The position numbers and the translations under genes were made by a program. The notes below the pieces were generated by a model, which worked only from the letters and a program-made list of their open reading frames with translations, made no database searches and had not been told where the DNA came from. DNA of 64,000 nucleotides, taken from NCBI GenBank assembly GCA_963666275.2, contig CAXXOA010000001.1, forward strand, positions 1,600,001-1,664,000, given 5' to 3'. The first letter of the stretch is position 1, and each line of letters begins with the position of its first letter. Source of the DNA: Oceanispirochaeta sp. (GTDB lineage: Bacteria; Spirochaetota; Spirochaetia; DSM-2461). Below are positions 58,185 through 64,000 of the stretch, piece after piece.

Positions 58185-60023
58185 ATGAAGAAACACAGTG
58201 ATAAACCGAAAAGAGGATTTTTCAGGATTTTCGGTAAGACTCTGGATGTGGTCCGGAAAATTATACTCAATCTTATCTTCTGGTCACTCCTTGTTTTTAT
58301 AGCGCTGGCTCTCATTCCCGGGAGGGTGAAAGTGAAGGAGGATTCTCTTCTCTACATTCAGCCTCAGGGCCAGATTGTGGACGCTTTGTCCCTGTCTGAC
58401 TATCCCGCCAGGCTTTCCCCGTTGCTCAGCAGTGTCAGTGAGACTTCGTCCATCGATATGGGTCTTGCCATAAGGAGGGCGGCTCAGGATGACAGAATCA
58501 TAGGACTGGTCCTGGACTGTTCCGGGCTGAGCTATGCCTCTCTGGCTGTGCTTCAGGATCTGGAAAAGGATCTGAATCACTTCAGGGAATCGGGCAAAAG
58601 AATTTATGCCTGGTCTCCTTCGTACAATCAGTATGCCTACTATCTGGCTTCCACTGCCAGTCTGATCTATCTGGATGAGATGGGCAGTGTCACCCTTTCG
58701 GGATTCGGAGTATTTCAGACCTATTTTAAAAAGGGCATGGATAAATGGGATCTGGGAATGGCTGTTTTTCAGGCCGGAGACTACAAGTCCTTTGTGGAAC
58801 CCTATATGTATGAAAAAATGTCTCAGGGGGTGAAAGAGGACAACCGTCGCTGGACGGGAAATCTGTGGCATCAGGTCCTCTCCGCTCTGGCTGAAAACCG
58901 CTCTTTAACGGAAACAGATCTGACTAAGTGGATCGAAGATTATCCGGCAGCGCTCTCTGGTACCGGGAAGTCCGGGGCCGAACTCGCCCTGGAGGGAAAA
59001 CTGATCGATGTCAGGGGAACCTGGGAGACCTTTTCTTCTGAGATGACCAAGGTGACAGGGTATGAAAACGACAGCCGCTCCTTTCGATCAGTCCACTGGT
59101 TGGACTATCTGGAGGAGACCGAAAAGAGAGTGAAACTCCCCTCAGGAAAATCCGTGGCTGTTATTACAGCATCCGGCGAGATCCATTCGGGCAGCGGAAG
59201 CGGCTGGACCATCGCTTCCCGGGATCTGATTGACCGGCTTGAGTCTGCCGAAAATAACAGGTCCGTCAGGGCAATCGTGCTGCGCCTGGATACGGGAGGC
59301 GGAAGCGCCTATGCCTCGGAAGAGGTCAGAAGGACCCTGGAACGACTGCGATCTAGGGGCATCACCGTGCTGGTTTCCATGGGGGGGATCACGGCCTCCG
59401 GCGGCTACTGGATTGCCAGCGAATCCGATGAATTATGGTGTTCCCCCGGTACCATCACAGGATCGATCGGTGTTTTTTCCATGGTTCCCGAAACGGACCG
59501 TTTTCTGGAGGAACACCTGGGTATTACAGGAGACGGAGTCGGAACAACCTGGATGTCAGGGCAGGGCAGGCCGGATCAGCCGCTCAACCGTTCCTCCCGT
59601 CAGGTGCTTCAGGCGGGAGTGGACAGTACCTACAGTCAGTTCCTCCGTATTGTTTCCGAAAACCGGAATATTCCAGTGGATGCTCTGGAACCCCTGGCCC
59701 GGGGACGGATCTGGACGGGAGAAGAGGCGGTCAGTGCGGGTTTGGCAGACAGGATCGGCAGTTTGACCGAAGCCGTCGAAAGGGCCGCTGAACTGGCGCA
59801 TCTGGAAGAGTATCATCTCTATTATGTTCCCAGGGCCGGACAGGATATGCAGGGCCTTCTCAGTCAGCTCCTCGGAGGGATAATGAGTCTAATATCAAAA
59901 CAGACACTGGTGGGGATTCCCGATTTACCCTCTTCGCAGCTGACCCCTGGAAAAATCTACGCCCTTTCTCCTATTTCAGATAAAAATATCTTTTTTCACG
60001 TGGATAATAGACTGGTAAGGTAG
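58185..60023 (+). CDS. sppA: Signal peptide peptidase SppA (67K type)
   Basis: G.YKS..EP, LR.D.GGGS, ASGGYWI and TITGSIGV motifs; AGGAG SD. Confidence 0.93.
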   Translation: MKKHSDKPKRGFFRIFGKTLDVVRKIILNLIFWSLLVFIALALIPGRVKVKEDSLLYIQPQGQIVDALSLSDYPARLSPLLSSVSETSSIDMGLAIRRAAQDDRIIGLVLDCSGLSYASLAVLQDLEKDLNHFRESGKRIYAWSPSYNQYAYYLASTASLIYLDEMGSVTLSGFGVFQTYFKKGMDKWDLGMAVFQAGDYKSFVEPYMYEKMSQGVKEDNRRWTGNLWHQVLSALAENRSLTETDLTKWIEDYPAALSGTGKSGAELALEGKLIDVRGTWETFSSEMTKVTGYENDSRSFRSVHWLDYLEETEKRVKLPSGKSVAVITASGEIHSGSGSGWTIASRDLIDRLESAENNRSVRAIVLRLDTGGGSAYASEEVRRTLERLRSRGITVLVSMGGITASGGYWIASESDELWCSPGTITGSIGVFSMVPETDRFLEEHLGITGDGVGTTWMSGQGRPDQPLNRSSRQVLQAGVDSTYSQFLRIVSENRNIPVDALEPLARGRIWTGEEAVSAGLADRIGSLTEAVERAAELAHLEEYHLYYVPRAGQDMQGLLSQLLGGIMSLISKQTLVGIPDLPSSQLTPGKIYALSPISDKNIFFHVDNRLVR

Positions 60024-60036
60024 TAATATAAAAGCT

Positions 60037-60507
60037 ATGAATAGTGCATTACTTCTTGTATTTCTCAATAATATGCCATGGGTTTGGCTGGGTTTTGCTG
60101 TGCTCATGACAATCATTGAGGGACTGACAATGGGGCTCACCACGATCTGGCTGGCCATAGCCGCTCTGGTTTCCATGATCCTTGCTTTTTTCATTCCCTC
60201 CGTGACAGCCCAGATCATTGTATTTCTCATCCTCTCGATCATCCTTTTTGTCTTTACACGGCCCCTGGCAGTCAAAAGGATGAAGCTTGGAAAGGAAAAA
60301 ACCAATTCGGACCGCCTTGTGGGTATGAAGGGGCATGTGACAGTTCCCGTCGGAGTGGATGATCCCGGTCAGGTGAAAGTGAGCGGACAGATCTGGACAG
60401 CCCGTCTTGATCAGGCATCGGAAACCCTGGGAGAGGGGGAGTCCTGTCTTATTAAAAGGATTGAGGGGGTCACTCTCTATGTCAGCCCTCTTCCTGACGA
60501 AAGCTGA
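60037..60507 (+). CDS. NfeD-like membrane protein
   Basis: TM helices plus an OB fold (GQVKVSGQIWTA...IEGVTL.V); upstream of the SPFH gene. Confidence 0.88.
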   Translation: MNSALLLVFLNNMPWVWLGFAVLMTIIEGLTMGLTTIWLAIAALVSMILAFFIPSVTAQIIVFLILSIILFVFTRPLAVKRMKLGKEKTNSDRLVGMKGHVTVPVGVDDPGQVKVSGQIWTARLDQASETLGEGESCLIKRIEGVTLYVSPLPDES

Positions 60508-60650
60508 GTGTAAATTGCCGGAGAAGGTTCTCCGGTAGAAATAGATTATTCAGGCTCGTAAAAAATGAAATCTGAAACCGGCAGGCAGACGTCCTCTGAT
60601 CCGGACGGTGATGTTTCATATGGACAAGAGCTGATTTTTAGGAGAAAAAA

Positions 60651-61580
60651 ATGATTGGACAGTCCTGGCTATTGATAGCTCTGCTGGTATTTATTCTGAT
60701 TATTCTGATTAAAAATATCAGAATCGTGCCTCAGGCACAGTGTTTTATCCTGGAAAGGCTGGGTGCTTTTCAGACAACCTGGGAAGTGGGACTTCATGTA
60801 AAGATCCCTCTGATTGATAAAGTTTCCAACAAGGTTTCCATTAAGGAGAATGTGATCGATTTTGATCCTCAGCCTGTGATCACCAAAGATAATGTTACCA
60901 TGCAGATCGATACCGTGGTGTATTATCAGATTACCGATGCCAAACTCTTTACCTACGGAGTGGACAGACCTATCAGTGCCATCGAAAACCTGACTGCCAC
61001 AACTCTGAGAAATATTATCGGTGAACTGGAGCTGGATGAAACCCTGACTTCCCGGGATCTGATCAATACAAAAATGCGCAGTATCCTCGATGAAGCCACC
61101 GATCCCTGGGGGATCAAGGTCAACCGCGTGGAAGTGAAAAACATCCTTCCTCCTCCGGATATACAGGATGCCATGGAAAAACAGATGCGGGCGGAACGGG
61201 AGAGACGGGAGTCTATCCTCCGGGCCGAGGGAGAAAAACGGTCTGCCATTCTCGTGGCGGAAGGAAATAAAGAGTCGGCGATCCTGACGGCGGAAGCGGA
61301 AAAGCAGGCGGCGATTCTCAGGGCGGAAGCCAAGAAAGAAGCTGCTGTCCGGGAGGCGGAAGGAGAAGCGGAAGCCATTCTGAAAATACAGCAGGCCACG
61401 GCCAAAGGCCTTTCCATGCTGAAAGCCGCTCAGGTGGACAGTTCTGTTATACAGCTGAAAAGTCTGGATACTCTGGCAAAGGTTGCAGACGGTCAGGCTA
61501 CCAAGATCATTGTTCCTTCCAATATTCAGGATCTTGCCGGACTGGTTACCTCTATCAAGGAAGTAGGATCCAACAGCTGA
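60651..61580 (+). CDS. SPFH/stomatin-like protein
   Basis: ERLG, Q.VITKDNV, WGIKV.RVE and QMRAERERR motifs. Confidence 0.95.
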   Translation: MIGQSWLLIALLVFILIILIKNIRIVPQAQCFILERLGAFQTTWEVGLHVKIPLIDKVSNKVSIKENVIDFDPQPVITKDNVTMQIDTVVYYQITDAKLFTYGVDRPISAIENLTATTLRNIIGELELDETLTSRDLINTKMRSILDEATDPWGIKVNRVEVKNILPPPDIQDAMEKQMRAERERRESILRAEGEKRSAILVAEGNKESAILTAEAEKQAAILRAEAKKEAAVREAEGEAEAILKIQQATAKGLSMLKAAQVDSSVIQLKSLDTLAKVADGQATKIIVPSNIQDLAGLVTSIKEVGSNS

Positions 61581-61602
61581 TACTTCTGTAACAATTATTC
61601 TG

Positions 61603-61630
61603 AAACCCGCCTTGATAAGGCGGGTTTTTT
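61603..61630 (+). terminator. Intrinsic terminator after the SPFH gene
   Basis: AAACCCGCCTT-GAT-AAGGCGGGTTT followed by T's. Confidence 0.8.
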
Positions 61631-61647
61631 CAGGCCATAGTACGGTC

Positions 61648-62607
61648 ATGAGTAAGTGGAAAGAACTGGAAACATATTTGAGTCAGAGGCCTCTGACTGA
61701 TCCGGAAAGCTGTCAGAAACTTCTGCAGGGCCCTGCGGGAGAACTCCCCGGGCTGGAGCATCTGATCATTGACAGAATGGCCCATCTGATTTTTGTCATA
61801 TCCTATAAACCCCTGTCCGATGAGGAGCGCTCTCAGCTCGTCTCCATTCTGGACAGCGCCTATCCCGGGCATTTCCTGAGGATTCAGGTTCGGGGAAACG
61901 GCCTTTCAGAAGATATCTATTTGTCCGGTGAGATCCCCGAAGAAGTTAAAATCAGAGAGGGCGACAACTGGTATGCCATTCATCCCCGGCGGGGGCAGAA
62001 TATCGGTTTTTTTCCGGATATGGTGAACGGTCGCAGACGGGTTCGGGAGTATCTGGAAGGACCCGGCCGGGAAGGGAAAGTGCTGAACCTTTTTGCCTAT
62101 ACCTGCTCTTTTTCCGTCACAGCCCTGAAAGCAGGAGCTTCCCGGGTGGACAACTGGGATATGAACCGGAACTCACTGAATATAGGCAAAGAGAACCATT
62201 CTCTGAACAGTATAGAAATGAGTGATCAGAACGCCAGATTCTATTCTCATGACATTTTCCGGTCCTTCGGGAAGATCCGACAGAACAGCCCCTACGACCT
62301 GATTATCATGGATCCTCCTCCTTTTCAGGGCAGAAGTTTCAGTTTTAAACGGGACTATCCCAAACTGATCAGGCGCACGGGGAACTGGCTAAGGCCGGGA
62401 GGAGCCGCATTCTTCTGTCTCAACGCTCCTACCTTTGACTGGGCGGAATTCGAAGTCATGCTGAAAGAAAATCTGGATGGTAAATTTGAGAATTGGGAGA
62501 AGGTCCCGTCCCCGGCGGAGTTCCTGGGAAAATTTCCTGACAGAGGATTAAAAGCCTTTTTTCTGACAGGGTGGGAAGTTATACCGGAAAGTAAAAAAAA
62601 CTCATAA
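61648..62607 (+). CDS. Class I SAM-dependent methyltransferase (RlmI/RlmK-like)
   Basis: GFFPDM..GR, VLNLFAYTCSFS and DPPPF motifs. Confidence 0.85.
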   Translation: MSKWKELETYLSQRPLTDPESCQKLLQGPAGELPGLEHLIIDRMAHLIFVISYKPLSDEERSQLVSILDSAYPGHFLRIQVRGNGLSEDIYLSGEIPEEVKIREGDNWYAIHPRRGQNIGFFPDMVNGRRRVREYLEGPGREGKVLNLFAYTCSFSVTALKAGASRVDNWDMNRNSLNIGKENHSLNSIEMSDQNARFYSHDIFRSFGKIRQNSPYDLIIMDPPPFQGRSFSFKRDYPKLIRRTGNWLRPGGAAFFCLNAPTFDWAEFEVMLKENLDGKFENWEKVPSPAEFLGKFPDRGLKAFFLTGWEVIPESKKNS

Positions 62608-62626
62608 AAAACAGGGGTTTTTTATT

Positions 62627-62655
62627 TCAAGTTTATCAGGGTAGCCCCCCGATAG
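62627..62655 (+). promoter_or_regulatory. Putative sigma-28 promoter of the flagellin gene
   Basis: TCAAG...CCCGATAG upstream of flagellin. Confidence 0.6.
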
Positions 62656-62678
62656 TCCCAATGTAGCGTAAGCTATTT

Positions 62679-62720
62679 TCCGGCACGGATGCCGGATTAT
62701 TTCAAAATTCATGGAGGAAT
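62679..62720 (+). promoter_or_regulatory. Putative CsrA sites in the flagellin leader
   Basis: TCCGGCA-CGGA-TGCCGGA hairpin with GGA in the loop; ATGGAGGA over the SD. Confidence 0.6.
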
Positions 62721-62725
62721 AATCG

Positions 62726-63586
62726 ATGATTATTAATCACAACCTGAGTGCTATGACAGCACAGAGACAGAACGGAATGGCTGGGGCGAACTCTGCAAAC
62801 AACATGGCGAAACTGAGTTCCGGTATGAGAATCAATAAAGCGGGAGACGATGCGTCCGGTCTGGCAGTATCTGAAAAGATGCGATCCCAGATCCGCGGTC
62901 TGCAGCAGGCTTCCCGTAATGCTTCCGACGGTATTTCTTTTATCCAGACTGCAGAAGGTTTTCTTCAGGAAACCACAGATATCGTACAGAGAATCAGGGA
63001 GCTGGCTGTTCAGTCTTCCAACGGTATCTACACCTCAGAAGACCGTATGCAGATTCAGGTGGAAGTTTCCCAGCTGGTGGACGAACTGGACAGAGTGGCA
63101 TCTCACGCCCAGTTCAACGGTATGAACATGCTGACCGGAAGGTTTGCTGCAGATACCGGAACCAATACGGTAACAGCTTCCATGTGGATTCATGTTGGAG
63201 CCAATATGGATCAGAGAGAACAGATTCATATCGGAACCATGACTTCCGATGCTCTGGGAATGCGTCAGCTGGGTACGGGAGAGATCATGTCTCTTTCCAC
63301 TCCCGAGCAGTCCAACAGGAACATCGGAGTTCTGGATCAGGCTCTGAAAACCATCAACAAACAGAGAGCCGACCTGGGTGCCTACCAGAACAGAATGGAA
63401 ATGGCTATCCGCGGTATCGATGTGGGTGCTGAGAACCTGCAGGCTTCCGAATCCAGAATCCGGGACCTGGACATGGCGAAAGAATCTGTTGATTTTACCA
63501 AAAACCAGATCCTCAGCCAGGCAAGCAATGCCATGCTGGCTCAGGCTAACCAGAGAGGTCAGAGCGTTCTGCAGCTTCTGCAGTAA
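62726..63586 (+). CDS. flaB: Flagellin (spirochaete FlaB core protein)
   Basis: [21 protein letters not shown] and ESRIRD.DMA motifs; 286 aa. Confidence 0.97.
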   Translation: MIINHNLSAMTAQRQNGMAGANSANNMAKLSSGMRINKAGDDASGLAVSEKMRSQIRGLQQASRNASDGISFIQTAEGFLQETTDIVQRIRELAVQSSNGIYTSEDRMQIQVEVSQLVDELDRVASHAQFNGMNMLTGRFAADTGTNTVTASMWIHVGANMDQREQIHIGTMTSDALGMRQLGTGEIMSLSTPEQSNRNIGVLDQALKTINKQRADLGAYQNRMEMAIRGIDVGAENLQASESRIRDLDMAKESVDFTKNQILSQASNAMLAQANQRGQSVLQLLQ

Positions 63587-63605
63587 GGTTCATCTGAACT
63601 TTCTT

Positions 63606-63635
63606 AAAAACCGTCCGCAAGGGCGGTTTTTTTTT
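63606..63635 (+). terminator. Intrinsic terminator after flagellin
   Basis: AAAAACCGTCC-GCAA-GGGCGGTTTTT plus a T-run. Confidence 0.85.
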
Positions 63636-63796
63636 ATGGGACTTATCAGACTCATTGAGCACTTGCCATTTCAGAAATCAGACAGGAGCTGTCTTGAAAT
63701 GCCTCTATGACCTTAATATGTAATAATAAACAGCAATAATGAAGAATTAGGTAATGTATATGATACATTATGAACTACAAAGAGTTCCTTTAGTAT

Positions 63797-64000
63797 TCAT
63801 GACTGGTCCCCAAATAGTTCTATTGGCTTCCCGAATGAAGTCTCCGGATCTGTCACAAAATCCGAAGACTTTTCCCTTTCCATCAGGGCAAGCCTTGCTT
63901 CATTAAACGGGACATTCCCATCCAGCCAGAACCGGGCGGATTCGGGACCGATAACCACAGGCTGCCGCAGGGCGCTGTTATGGATATAGCGCATCACATT
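63797..64000 (-). CDS. C-terminal part of a probable SOS response-associated peptidase (SRAP), running off the window
   Basis: M..IHN...RQPVVI......WLD resembles the SRAP IH.RMPVIL...WL motif. Confidence 0.5.
   Translation of the reverse strand, partial: NVMRYIHNSALRQPVVIGPESARFWLDGNVPFNEARLALMEREKSSDFVTDPETSFGKPIELFGDQS

Noticed and set aside
63752..63770. TAATGTAT-N3-ATACATTA palindrome
   Set aside because: AT-rich and located between convergent gene ends, so unlikely to be an operator; may be chance.
1..64000. CRISPR array, tRNA/rRNA genes, reverse transcriptase/DGR, site-specific integrase, IS elements
   Set aside because: I saw no regularly spaced repeats, cloverleaf or rRNA signatures, RT motifs or recombinase motifs. 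Short ncRNAs could be missed by eye.

Overview
Chromosomal window from a spirochaete, probably free-living Spirochaetaceae (inferred from the FlaB-type flagellin, DUF261-like protein and lipoprotein signals). Host genes lie at 1-15.7 kb (tsf, rpsB, maf, usp, dinB, hrpA, K+ channel, HD-GYP, coaX-pdxS-pdxT) and 49.9-64 kb (exported msrBA/dipZ/thioredoxin/two-component cluster, aconitase, sppA, nfeD-SPFH, methyltransferase, flagellin). Between them is an apparently complete 34,201-bp transposable (Mu/B3-like) myoviral prophage at 15734-49934. It has TGTAG...CTACA ends, a 6-bp target duplication (GGGTAG) and Mu-style arrays of end sites, and it is inserted in the last codons of msrBA. Its layout differs from Mu: the immunity/transposition module sits mid-genome and splits the late genes into two blocks, each preceded by a near-identical activator-type promoter. 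Behind the CI-like repressor is an AT-rich cargo block containing a candidate remote RexA/RexB-like exclusion pair. Other points of interest are a MuF-metallopeptidase fusion with a small downstream partner, a DUF261-like candidate endolysin in a holin/spanin cassette, a -1 frameshift in the tail chaperone, and an exported-protein/tail-terminator in-frame fusion. All family assignments come from motif recognition; no searches were run.
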